Positions 44,545-57,400 are shown, numbered from the stretch's first letter. The stretch is 64,000 nt of DNA from Fimicolochytrium jonesii (GCF_025526975.1 NW_026515668.1:1798001-1862000), one strand, 5' to 3'. Notes: generated by a model not told the origin, from the sequence alone. Numbers and translations are program-made.

Positions 44545-45074
44545 TGTTATGAATGGGCGGAGCCGATGGAAATAGAGGCGACTTGTGGTGCAGGTTGTTG
44601 ACAGGTAATGGTATTCAGACCGAAACAAGAACTAGAACAAGACTAGGAAGAACTGGTGTTGATCTGCTTGGGGATCAGGAAGTGGGGAGCTCAGGGGAGG
44701 CGGCTATTTATGTTTTTCTGGGAAGGCTGGGGAAGCGTGGGGAAGCAGAAGGGTACGGAATGAGAGGGAAGCCAAGAGAAGCGCCAAGGGTGGGGAAGCA
44801 TAGAAACAGAAGACTGGGGATGGGGTGGCTACGCTGAGGCTGTGGGCGGGTACGTGGGGAAGTATGGAGAAGGGTTTGTGAGCGCCGAGTGTTGGGAGGT
44901 GTGGCTACGTGCGGCTGCGTGGAGAAATGAAGGCAGTGGCAGGTGTGGGGTAGCGCGGCTGCGTGCGGCTGCGAGGTTTGGCAGATGTCAGGTTTTGACA
45001 GGGAATTGACATTGACTGACTGTTGGGATGCTGTCATGAGGTAAGCGCATGGTATGGACGCGTCGTCCATAACA
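44545..45074 (-). repeat. 5' LTR of copy B
   Basis: 530 bp; TATA-like ATAAATA at 44705-44711 on the minus strand; followed by a non-tRNA PBS. Confidence 0.97.
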
Positions 45075-45079
45075 CAGAC

Positions 45080-48000
45080 AACCCGAGGGACCTACCGGTC
45101 CCCGACTGCAGGACACCATTCCGGAATACCGCCCCGGGCCCGTCATCGACCAGCACACGTTCATGGTCCATGGACATGTCGGCGGCATCTTCTGCCGCAT
45201 CCTCATAGACACTGGTTGCAATACCATGCTCATCAGCAACTCATTCGCCCAACGCCATGATCTTAACACGTACGACTGTCCCACGCCCCTCGAGGTGCGC
45301 TGGGGTGACAAAGCCGGATCATACGGCGCCACGCGGATGATTTGTGCCGACCTCTCCGTCTTCACGGAGGAACGAATACCTCATAAGACCCCTCGGGTCC
45401 CGTTCGTCGTGGCCCCGATCCGCGCGGATGTTATCCTAGGGCTACCCTACATCCTGGACCTTGACCTCATACGCTTATGGCGCGACAATGGGTTCCCGGC
45501 GCTTCAATTCGAGGCTACCGCAACCGTACTAACTTTCCGCGCTAAACCTACCACCCATCGATGGCAACAACCCAGCGCTTGCGCGGCCCGGTTACTCGAA
45601 CCTCATACGGGCCCTCGCCCCCGCCGTTTCTACCCAAAGCGCGCGGCCTTAAATGAGGAGGGCTTCCTCACGGCCAAAACAATTCAAGCGAGCGATCAAG
45701 CGGGATAAGACCACCGAGGTCTATACCGCATGGGTCTCACGCACGGACACGGAGGTGGACCTGGCCACAGATGACGCCCTTGCGGACGTTGCCGAAGCCG
45801 AGGCTAACTTCGTTCGCACGGTCGAGGCGAAGAAACGTGCGATCCTGGCGGACCGAAAGGCAACGGCCACCCCTCCGGATACCACCCCAGAGGATCCACT
45901 CGCGTCGGTCGCCGCCGACCACCCTCTTCGCCCGACGTTGGAACAGTTTACAGATACCCTCTTCACCGAACAGACCGGCCTCCTGCCGGACCGCGGCGAC
46001 GACAACTTCAGCATCAATCTGAAGCCTGGCTCCAAGCCTGTCATGCTCCCACTCCGCCACTTGGCCCCCGATGAACTCGACGAGCTATGGCAGCAACTCG
46101 AGCGCCTATCATCCCGCGGGTGGATCTCCCACTCTAAGAGCCCCTGGGGGGCACCCGTGCTGTTTGCCCCAAGGAAGGACGGTGGCCTCCGCTGCTGCAT
46201 CGACTACCGGGCCCTCAACAAGATGACCCATAAGGACGCCACGCCCCTCCCGAACCTCAACGAGCTTTGGGACCGCCTTGTCGGCATGAAGTTCTTCACC
46301 GCTATCAACATCCGCGATGCCTACCACTGCATCCTCATTCGGGAGGAAGACCGTGAGAAGACTGCCTTCCGGACGCGCTTCGGCCACTTCCAGTACAACG
46401 TATTACCCTTCGGGCTGACGAACGCGCCCGCGACGTTCCAACGCCTCACGAACAAACTCCTGGGCGACAAGTACAATTCATACCTCATCTCTTACCTCGA
46501 TGACATCCTTATTTTCAGCCCCGACATGGATTCACACATCGGGCATGTCACCAAAGTGCTCAAGACCCTTTCGGCTCACCGCCTCCACGTGAAACCGTCC
46601 AAATGTCAGTGGGCAGTGGACCAGGTCGAGTTCTGCGGGCATATGGTCGGTAAGGATGGCCTTTCCATCGCCCCGTCCAAGGTCGAGGCTGTCCGCGCTC
46701 GACCCGAACCCACCAGCGCCCTCGAGCTCCTCTCCTTCATGGGGCTAGTCAACTATGTCAAGGAATACATTCCGCATTATGCTGACACAGCCCTCCCACT
46801 GACCAACCTTCAATCTGGCACCCGCCCGTGGCAGTGGGGCGCCGAGGAACAAGCAGCAATCGACACCATCAAGGCGCGCGTCGCCGACGCCCCTTGCCTG
46901 GCGTTCTTTGACCCCGATAAGTTCCCCTACGTCTTCTCTGACGCGTCGGGCTTCGCCGTAGGGGGCTGGATCGGTCAGGGCACAGATGGGGACTTTCCCA
47001 TGCCAAATCCACTGCCCACCACAAAAAAGGGCCTCAATAACCTTCCGCGCCTCCGCGTCATCTCATATTACTCACGCAAGATGGCTCCGGCCGAAACCCG
47101 ATACCCCGTGCACGAACAGGAGCTCCTCGCATTGGTCAAAGTGATCCGCGCTAACCGCCACTACCTCATCGGTCGCCAATTCCGTGCATTCATTGACCAC
47201 GAATCCCTCATATACCTCCAGAATCAGCCTCATCTCTCCCGGCGCCCGGCCGGATGGGTGGAGTTCCTTCAGGACTACGACTTCACTATCAAATACCTCC
47301 CCGGCGAGTTCAATCACATCGCCGACATACTCAGCTGCACCCCACTATACGCCCCAAAGTGCGCCAGGTGTCAGATGAAGGTCGAAGTGTTCTCCATTGT
47401 CACCGGGACACCTCTACCGGACATCACCGGCCGCCTCCCTACCGACGCCGAGTGGCTCACTGCGCTCGACGATGACAAGTTCTGCCAGGACACCCTCGCC
47501 CACCTGCAGACCACCGCAACGAACCCCGACGACCCCTCTACCCTCTCGGGTTTTGCCCGACGCCTCACGCGCGACGACCGCGGCTTCCTTTTGTACCATG
47601 GCCGCCGCTATGTCCCCGAGGGCCTTCGGGGCCCCCTCCTCAGGTTCTATCACGACTCCCTGGCCAACGGCGGCCACTCGGGTGTCCAGCGCACCGTCGC
47701 CAAACTCCTCGCGCTCTACTACTGGCCCCGCCTCGAGCGCGAGGTCCACCAGTACGTCCGGACTTGTCCCGACTGCCAACGCAACAAGCAGGCTTCCAAC
47801 TTCGGGCTCCTACGCAGCATTCCGGTCCCCGACAAGCGCTGGCGTCGCGTCAGCTTGGACATCTACTTCCCCACGACGAACTCTAAGGGGGGGGAAGCGG
47901 GAGACGAGTCCGTCATGGACAAGGGAGCCGTCCTCATCCTGGTGGACTACTTATCCAGCCGCGTAATCCTCCTTGAGACCCACGCCAAGGCGACGGCAAA

Positions 48001-48150
48001 GGAACTCGCCCAGCTGTTCTTCGACCAGGCCTTCCGCATCACGGGCATTCCCCACACGATCATCAGCGATCGGGACACCAAATGGACCGGCGCCTTTTGG
48101 AAGCACCTCCTGAAGTGCGCCGGCGTAGAGCAGGAACTCTCGTCACCTCT
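45080..48150 (+). pseudogene. pol: pol of element C (protease, RT, RNase H, partial integrase)
   Basis: ORFs 45163-45708 and 45653-48220, with a frameshift near 45680. The first RT aspartate appears mutated (TAINIRDAY). The integrase stops before its catalytic Glu. Confidence 0.92.
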
Positions 48151-48668
48151 CAAGAGCATCGCCAGTAGTAAAGCAGGATGGCTCCTAACGTATCGATGCT
48201 TCCGATTCCCAGCGCCCTAATAACTGTATCCGCTAAATGCTCGATATCCAACGCAGTATTGGTGAAGAAGAGAAGGAACGGTGTATGTACAGTATCTAAG
48301 TATGGGTTCGAGCGAGACGGGTCGCGACGACATTACAGCTAAGACACTCGAACGGTTTTTGTGTGAGCGCGCCAGCATTTGGTAATCTCCTTGGTGTTTC
48401 ATGACACGGCAAACTTGGCATTGGTCCTATCTCGTCGCTATATAGACGACATTGGAATTTGGGACACACCCGCAAGGAAAGGAAAAATCTCTCAAGATAG
48501 ATACATCAGGAATTAGTAGGCATGTTATATCATTGCCTGGAAAAGGAAAAGATGGATTCCCTGAAAAGATGGATTCTATAAATGAAGGTAATGCTTTGGA
48601 GCCGGACTTTGCTTCCACACAGATAGTGGACAAGCTCTCAGTACAAGAACATCTATCTTTTCAGCACC

Positions 48669-49619
48669 ATGACGAATTCGCCTACCATCCGGTCGAGCCT
48701 GGACATCACCGAGGCGTCTCCCGCATACGACACGAAGGTCCCAACATTGGAGATACGACAACCTTTTTACCACGAGTCCAGTATTGAACTTGTGGAAAGA
48801 GCCGCCGAAACTTTCCCTGCTCCCGCTGGCACCCGGACCGCAATATTCAGCATCGCCGATATCGCCGCGGGATTGAAAACCAAAATCCACGCAGCACTCC
48901 TAGCCAAACACATCATCCACCTCGTTCTGCGAGTGGAGAATGTGACATACGTTGTGATCCAGTACCAAGATCAGGCTCAGATAGCGGTCACTGCAGATTT
49001 GGTGCGGACCCTCGCCGGTTGCGGTCCTGACAAGTACCGGCTTTTCACCCCTGAAGAGAATGACAACCTCTTGGACGGCCGAACCCTGCCGAGGCGCCTC
49101 CCGTTCGCGTGCGCTGTAATCCCCACGGCCCCCCGTTCCCGCTCTCTCCGCACCGAAAGCAGTGGTGCATGCGATTTAGATCTTATAATACCAGAGGAGA
49201 TAGACCGTCACCTCAACCTGAATGTTCGCCGCCGCCAAGCCGGTACCATGGCCAGGACTGCCGGTAAAGCAATCGCACAAACATCGTCCATCGAAAAACT
49301 CCTGGAAGCCGGCCTGACGTTCGCCGGTTACCACCATCCGACAGCGGGGGCAGGTGCCGGCAAGATTGGCGCTGCGTTGGGAAACGCCGCTGATAAACTC
49401 CTCGCTGAAGTGCCTTCGTCGTCGCGGGCCGCTACCCCCACCATTGCGTCTACAAGCGCAGTGCCTCCCCCGGGTCTCACTGCGGACCAGTTTCTGAAAT
49501 GGCGAGAGGTGGAGGCGGGTATCGCGAAGGAAGTCACAAAGCAGATGGAGGAAGTCACAAAGCAGATGGAGGAAGTCACGAAGCAGTTGCAGCTGGCGAA
49601 AGGAATTGAGAAAGCTTGA
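48669..49619 (+). CDS. Intron-less hypothetical protein (316 aa) with C-terminal EVTKQME x3 repeat
   Basis: Intact ORF; 21-bp tandem repeat at 49529-49591; AT-rich 3' region after the stop. Confidence 0.55.
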   Translation: MTNSPTIRSSLDITEASPAYDTKVPTLEIRQPFYHESSIELVERAAETFPAPAGTRTAIFSIADIAAGLKTKIHAALLAKHIIHLVLRVENVTYVVIQYQDQAQIAVTADLVRTLAGCGPDKYRLFTPEENDNLLDGRTLPRRLPFACAVIPTAPRSRSLRTESSGACDLDLIIPEEIDRHLNLNVRRRQAGTMARTAGKAIAQTSSIEKLLEAGLTFAGYHHPTAGAGAGKIGAALGNAADKLLAEVPSSSRAATPTIASTSAVPPPGLTADQFLKWREVEAGIAKEVTKQMEEVTKQMEEVTKQLQLAKGIEKA

Positions 49620-50607
49620 TTATAAATATTACAGTTTAAATTCATAAATAACATTGTCGGGCAACAAACGGTCGTTCCATCCATGCGTTCGTAGTAACTT
49701 CGTACAGCTCTTCTCCGTCCTCGACCTCCTTTGGCGAACTAACCGGACCACCCAAACAACCGGCGCAGGCACTCCGATCTGGAACTCCTTTACAAGTAGC
49801 CACTTGCCTGTTGCACGAGGTGCAAGATCTTTGGATTCCGCGCGAACTCGTCGTTTGCCCGGAGGGAGACATCAGCGCACCTCGACAATGGGGCGCATGT
49901 CAAACGGTCTAACGGTGGACTGCCCTTTTCCGTTCACCGAGCTCAGGGAGGACTAAACCCGGTTACGTGGGCCTTCGATAAGTCATCACCGTCACATCCC
50001 GAAGCAATCCTTCCGGGCAAAACCCCCCATCCAAATGTTTGCGAGGTCAGTGTTCACTCTCGCCCAGCTTGCGTTTCCCTTCGGATTGCTCATCGTCGGG
50101 AAGCGAACAAAGCACAGCGGAGTCCTCTCGGGCAGGAGTCCGCACGGTGGGGATAGAGACTGGCACGTCAACATCGGCAGCAATGTGAGTTTGCGCAAAC
50201 CACCGATGATAGTTTTACTTTCTGCATGCTTATACCGTCTCTTCACAGATGCGGGCCCCCGCCGCCCACCCCCCGACGCGCTGGCGGTATCGGCAGAACC
50301 CGGGCAGACTGGATACTAGCAGCAGCAACCACCCACGTCCGCCAGCTTCACCCTCCGCCGAATATGGCGGTCGTCAAGAAGGCCGTTTGGAGGGCGAGAA
50401 AGGATCTGTACGTTGACCTCGTTAAGTGAGTGATCAGGGCCGCACATGTCTGAGTCCATCCCATCCCTTCTGTCTAACGAGCGGCATAACCCCTTCGATG
50501 GCGTAACCCAATCATCAAGACGGTCCTTATATTCCCCATCATGGTCATTGCTCAAGTATCCCTCCCGCCGCAACCGAAAGCAGAGTGGAACCTCCAGAAC
50601 CCTTTAA

Positions 50608-50655
50608 TGGACTGAATACAAGGAAAAAAATGAAAATTTTCTTGTATTCAGTCCA
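50608..50655. repeat. Perfect 15-bp inverted repeat with 18-nt AT-rich spacer
   Basis: TGGACTGAATACAAG (50608-50622) / CTTGTATTCAGTCCA (50641-50655). Confidence 0.9.
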
Positions 50656-51305
50656 GTAAGTGATGCAATTCATTCTCACCCGGGTACCTCGATTGCTCGA
50701 AATGGCTTTCTCGGAATGGCCCGATCGCTAATCGGATACGCGGTCTTCCTCTGAGCGCGCACCCGGATGATTGCTGTTATCATCGGAACGGGCAACAAAC
50801 TGGGGTATTTCCCCAGAGAGGTCATGAAAAACGCTGTGGCTTAAGGAAAGGGTGGGTTGGTTTTTGTCTTGATGATGGGATCATATGTCGTGATGGCAGG
50901 TCTCCGCTGCTGGGCCTTGTTCAACCCCAACCATGTCGAGTTTGGTGGGATTTTGAATTGGGGGCTGTTGAAAGGAATGAGGGCGATCATGCACTGAGTG
51001 CGCGTTTTATATGATCACGAGAAAAGTTGTGATTGGCGTCAAAACAGTGGCTAGATAACCCAACGATTTCGGGTCCAAACTTCGACACTAGGGTAGATTC
51101 AGGAAGGTACAGTCAAGGATGTACTTTGGCTGTGCGGATGCAGAAAGAGAGGGTGGCGGGGTAGCGTCAAGAGATGGGCATGTAAGGCTCATGACAAAAT
51201 CTTTCCATCGCTCAAAGCCTGGATCGGACGAGCTCTCCCTACAAAGTGTGTCAAAAAAAACATAGTCAGTGGTCCATTCCCAGAAAGATATACAAACACC
51301 ACCAC

Positions 51306-53918
51306 TCAGTCACATACCCTGTTATCAGTCTTATTATATTCCTCCCAATCATTCGCAATGGGCGCAAACACCATCCACGGTTTGACACCCAAGCCTTCGA
51401 CGATGTTCATCGCCTCGGGTGCGAGTTCCTTGACCCACTTGCGCTGCAGCTCCTGGAGATCGCGGGCGCCGGCGGGGGAGATCAGTTGCGCGGTGAGGAA
51501 GAAGGTGAGGTTGTCGGTGACGAGGGTTGTGGCAAAGAGTTTGGCGATTTGGCCGAGGATTTTCCTGTTGAAGGAAACGTTCGAAGAGGTCAGGCCACCA
51601 CAACTAAAGGACTGGTCAATCAATGTGCGGAAGGTGAGTTTGACTTACTTGACACCGGTGTCGGTCTCCTTATGAATGACAATCAAGAACTGCTCCAACG
51701 AGATCCTCTCTCCATACGCCCGTGCAAGATCCTGGATCAGATCGCTCTCCTCCTTCATCCACACATCGAAGATCTTTGCGCCATGGCCAAGCTTAGTCTT
51801 CATCGTCTTGCTGAGGTGGTCCAGGTTGATGATCTCGCGAAGCTGCACGAGTTTGGTCAACGTGTCAATGTGGGAGAGGTCCCAGTTGATGCTGCCGGTG
51901 CGGTCGATGGTGGGGTATTTGACTTGTCCGGCGTCGTAAGCGGCTAGGAGCTCTTTGGCGGTCTTTTGAGTGAGGACGGAGTTGTCGCCCTCGGCGGTCA
52001 TGGCGGCGTGGGAGAATCCTGAGAAATAAAACTTGCGTGAGATACTTGCGAGAGCTCCGTCGAAAGGATTCTCTGCTCCTTACCGAGATAGTCTCCGAAT
52101 TCATTGCAGGCGAGGTACCCTTGACCTCCGCAACGTTCTCGAGAAATCGTCGCAGCGCGTTCGAAGTTCCATGCGAGAAGAGGCTGGACGAAGTAAAAGA
52201 CTTCATCAGTATTGCGGAAGAGTGTAAGTGCCATTGTCCTCGTCACCAACCTTGATAACACAGCACAATCGAACAATCTCAGCATGCTCAGCATCCGAGT
52301 GGTTAGCCCACCGCTGCTTGATGTAGTTCAGCCCAAAGTTCAGACCGATGGTACGGGCGAGGAGCGGGATCAGAGCGTTTTGCTGCAGCTGGTAATCCAG
52401 GATCGGCGTGTCGGACTTGCCGGTTGGGCCGACGGTCAAGCGGGAGTGGGCGTACCGGAAGGCCACTGTGAGCACCTTCTTGGCACCACCGACAGACATG
52501 GACGCGATGCAGAGGCTATTTTGCGACAGAGTGTCTCAATGAGTATGCGTGGACTTGTCAACCATTCCAGCGCAGCATAATTTACCGTCCAGCAAGCAGT
52601 TGGTCGGCGACAACGAGGAAACGAGCACGACGTGCGCTGATGGAACACGTGTAATCGCCCGCGGGAGTTACATCAGCGTATCTAAGAAAAAGGTGCCGGA
52701 AAGTCAGGATCCACCGTCCGCTTCTCAGAATCTGGTGATACGCGCGAATCCAACGCCATACTTGTTCAAGATGTTCTCCGACGGAATCCGCACATTGTCG
52801 AACCACAGCTTCGCATTGTCAACACCATTGCATCCCATCTTGAACCCCATATCCTCAACACGGACTCCCGGGGCAACCGAGAGATCCTCGTTACGGATAC
52901 GGACGAGGAACACGTTGATGCCCTCGTGCTTTCCCTTGACGAATGTCTGAGCGAATACGACACACCATTTGGCGTGAACGGCACCGTTTGTGATCCAGTA
53001 CTTTTGAGCGAGCGTGCTGGGGGTGTTGATGATCCATTCCTTGGTGGCCGCGTCCTTCATGATTCAAAGACACGGTCTGAGCATATTGCACCATTGTTTT
53101 GCAAATGTTGACCAAGGCGAAGGGCAAAACTCACAAAGACAGCAGTGGTTTCCATCTCAACGGCATTGTTGCCGTACCCCAACTCCGTCAACCCAAAGCA
53201 TCCAACCGCATCCAACGAGTCAATTCCAGGAAGGTATTTGCGATGACGCTCGGTTCCAAGCTTGATGACCGTTCCGCCAAACAAGTTGAACTGCACAGTC
53301 ATCTTCGTAGTGAAACTGCCTTCGATCATTCCACTGATTTCGTGCGCCGCGAATACATTGAGAGGGTTCTATATTTAACAGAGAGAGGTTGTTGGTTGAT
53401 GGATGGTTGGCTGATGGTTGAACATAGAGCGGATGGCTGAACGATACCCCGCTCGCTCCGCTCGCTCCGAGAAGGTTGAGCTGGTGTGTGATCCGTGCCT
53501 CCGGCCCAGTAGGCTCAGCCTCGCTTCGCTCGGCCTCGCCGCCCATAAGCATCCCTGCGCCTCCGGCGCGTTTGCTCGCCTTCTCCTCGCTGCGCTCGGA
53601 ACCCTCAAGCATTCCTCGCTACGCTCCGTCCCTGTGCCTACGGCTCAGTTCGCAAGCCTTCTTGCGCCTCGCTGTCCCTCGCGTTCTCCTCGCTATAGCT
53701 CGGACGCATACCTTCTCAAAATCCAGCACAGAAATAAACCCGGCCTCCGTAACCTTCTTCAGCCTCTCCAGCGCAATCTCCCTCTGGTACCTCAACGACA
53801 CATCATATCGTGGAGTGAACGTCTGGAGGTTCTGACGGATATAGTCCTTGAACCGCGCGCGCTTTTCCTGGTTGTCTGCTTCGAGGACGTAGGTGAAGCG
53901 TTCGGTGTTGAACGGCAT
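51306..53918 (-). CDS. Acyl-CoA oxidase, multi-exon
   Basis: [65 protein letters not shown] introns. Confidence 0.93.
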
Positions 53919-54488
53919 GTTGGTGGAGGGGGTTGGTCGGGAGAAGAACGAAAGCCGTGGGAAAATGGTGATCTCCTGGTGGGTTTAAACTTTATAGGGA
54001 TGGTGCAGGGTGGTGGGTGAACAACTCAAATTCAATGCATTAAAAGACCGGCAAGAATCGGGGACTAAATACAGTAATTTGGGGACGCGTCTGTTTGGCA
54101 GTTTGCCCCAGAGGAGACTCCGAGGAGAGTCGCAGGAGGGATTTGGAGAGTCACTGTCAATGGAGACTGACTTTGTTGTCTGTCACATGGCGCGCGCGAT
54201 CAGACTGTGGGCCATCAATCACGCTCATTGGTCCACGCACTCACTTATTACGGTAGATGACCGCCGCGGTCTCCGTGCGCTTTTGCTTTCACATGTCACC
54301 CAGAAAATAGCGAGCGAGCCTCGGTTTCCTTTTCTGGTAGGAACAGTTAGCACCTGTTACACACGGCTTCGCATCAAAACATCCCAATACATTCCCCACG
54401 AAACAGCCAGATATAGGAGCACACAAGAGGGATTATCGCATCTTCCCTACAACACCGTATCTTTTCCCCCTCTTTCTCTCGCCCCATC

Positions 54489-57400
54489 TCATGAATCCTT
54501 GGAACCCCCGTCCCCTCCTCCCCCACCGCCTAGCCCCGCATACACCTCCTTCTCCCATTTCGCGAGGTCTTCTGGCGACATGACTTTTTGCAGATCTTCC
54601 GCTGTTACGGGCGGGTATGTCGGTGGTTGCGTTGATGCTGAGTGCGATGAGGGTTGTGGTGGTGGTGGTTGTGTGCCTGTTGGGACGGGTGTCGGTACGG
54701 GTGTCGGTGCCGCCCCGGCTGACACCAATGCCGTCCCAGGTGATACAGTCGCAGCATGCAGACTCGGTATCGTCACCGTAGCCAACAGCGCCTCAGGCTC
54801 CCCATCCGAAATATCCTCCATATCATCCTCCGGCGGCAAATCCGTCGCCGACGCCGCGTCATTACCACCCTCATTCCCATCATCAAGATCCATCCCCACC
54901 GCTCCATTGCCCAGTTCATTCTCAGTCCCCTCCTCATCTTCCACTTCATCATCCTCAAACACCCGTTCCTCATCCTCGCCATCATCCTCATCTTCATCCT
55001 GCAAATCTTCGCTGCCCTGCCTGCTATCCATCATCATCGCCGCCAACTCCGCGTTGGTTGGAGCGCTCGCGGGACGTTGCTTGACCGACGGGGGGGCAGT
55101 GCCCGGTTTCGAAGACGTGACGAGCGGCGCGAACCCGCCCATGATCAGTGAATGGCGGCGGAGAGGGGCCGATGACGGCGCGCTTTTGGAGTTCACAGGT
55201 GTCAGACCGAACGATAATGGCGCCGTGAATGTTTGTTGCAATGATCCGACTCCTGAGATGGGTGTCATGGTTTGCTTGTGCGGCGGCAAATCATCGATGT
55301 CCATCGCGTCCAGATCGTCTTCCTCCGCGTCGGGTTCCGCATCCGCCATGTTCGCGTCGTCGTCATCTCCTTCATCTGCAGCTTCCGGTGTGCCCACATC
55401 CAGATCATTCATGGCGCGGCGTAACGAAGGGTTAATGGACGAGCCGCCATCCAAGCCATCTTCTTTCGTCGGCACCCTGCGCGGCGGTCTCGACGACGGC
55501 TCACGAGGCGACAACCGCGTGTTTCCATCCTCCAGAGAAAGTTTCGACCTCCCGTTGCTGGGGCCACTGCCGTTGTTGAGATTGTTGGCTGCCTCGATGG
55601 CCTCGGCGCGTTTCGGGGCCAGATTTTCGCGGAGGGTGCGGCGGAGTAAAGGTGATGCGGTGGGTTGGACGCCGGGAGTTGCGGAGGCACTATCGCGCTC
55701 GCGGAGCTCTTTTGCGCGTGCGTTGTTGCGATAGGATTGTCGGTCGCGACGGCCGCCGGTTTCGTCCTCGGAATCTGATAGGGCGTTGTCTGGGACGCGG
55801 TACTTGTCTGACATGGATTCTGGAATAGTTGTTCGATCGTCAGCACTCTCATCGCCAAGCCCAACGTCATCGAGTATACATAAACTCACGTGTAATACGA
55901 TCGTCCTTGTTCTCCTGCTCGTCATCCGATGACCACTGATCATACGGAACATCTACGATACCCCACGGTGAGTATCCTATGCAACTATCCTTGACGTAGT
56001 CCCCACAACTTACTATGCATCTGGACACTCGGAGCATGGGCCACATGCCGCAAATTCTCAATAACAGCGATGCTACGAAGTTAGAAGCGTGGTCAGATTC
56101 TCAATCACCAACTCGATAGCGACCTCAATATGAAAAACAGGGCCATACTTGATCTTCTCCAAATACTCCCTCGTATTCAAATTCTCCATATTACTAGCGG
56201 GAATATCCAGCCGGTATTCTGGGGTGTAGTATTCATAATACTCGTGATATGGCAAATCTAATAAAAACCAGACAATGTCAATGTCACAATCTGGGAACCC
56301 CCGGTTGTGTCCGTGCGCAACATCCACCCATCGCATACCTTCCGAGACCTCAGTCCCAACCGCCAAACTAGTCTCATAACACCACGCCCTCGCAACGTTC
56401 CTGACAGTGTATCCACCACCACCGAGTAGTATCAGCGGGACGTTGAAGGTCTTCATGAATTCAACGGATTGTGCATGCCCTATGGGGAAGATCGCAAATG
56501 AGGTGGTGCGTCCAGCGTACAGTGTACAAGAGAGGCTTACCCTGCATGGATAAGTTGAAAGCCCCCAATCTGTCTCCGACGAGGGAATCGGCACCGAGCT
56601 GGAGTACGACCGCTCCTGGGCGGTACCATTGCATTACATGTGATATGACCTATCCAGACGGGGAGACTTTAGCGCCAGTTCGAGATTGCATTGCGGACGC
56701 GTATGAACTCTCATACCGAGCGGAAAAGTGTCTCATATGACTTGTCGTCAATTCCTGCGAGAACATGAGTATCCACAAGAGTCAAAGTGCCAGACTCAAC
56801 ACAGATGTGTCCTTACCATCATTCAACGGCACATTAATCGAATAATGCCTCCCCTTCCCAATCCCCACATCCTACCATCAAAACTCACAATCAAAAAAAA
56901 TCGCCCGTCTTAAATCGAATGATCAACAGGGCCTCCCTACATTCAGAGCCCCAGTCCCAGGAAAAAACTCTCCGAATTTGTGGAAGGAAACAGCCATGAC
57001 CCGATCGCTGGTATAGAACGCCTCTTCCACGCCGTCGCCGTGGTGGACGTCTGTATCTATGTAGAGTACCCGCTGATGATACCTGCGAGAAAGATTGACA
57101 TGACGGTGAGCTTCGATACACGCATGCTTCGGCCTTACTCGAAAAAGAGTCTTTACTTCAGAAGTTCCAAAATAGCCAAAACGATATCATTCACATAACA
57201 AAAACCCGACGCCTCCCCACGCTTAGCGTGATGAAGCCCGCCTCCCCAATTGATCCCAATGTCCGCGTGGCCCTGGTTGAGCTTCTTCGCCGCAGCTACA
57301 GCCGGCGCAATTCCGTCATAAGTTATCACATCACCATGTCATAATATCCTCACGAATACGAAAACGTACCTATCGACCCTCCAGCTGATATAGAGCAGAA

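Larger units (their letters stand above)
39198..45074 (-). mobile_element. Ty3/gypsy chromovirus copy B, full length with intact ORFs and 5-bp TSD CAGAC
   Basis: LTRs 39198-39727 and 44545-45074; CAGAC at 39193-39197 and 45075-45079; uninterrupted gag and pol. Confidence 0.98.
37354..48150 (+). mobile_element. Second, older Ty3/gypsy family (element C), degenerate, interrupted by copy B, integrase truncated
   Basis: gag 37807-39170, protease LIDTG, RT YLDD, RNase H SDASG, HHCC and partial integrase core SDRD to ~48150. No 3' LTR was found and the 5' boundary is uncertain. Confidence 0.85.

Noticed and set aside
54010..55734. 574-aa Ser-rich + strand ORF
   Set aside because: It is the antisense shadow of the low-complexity acidic tail of the HDAC.
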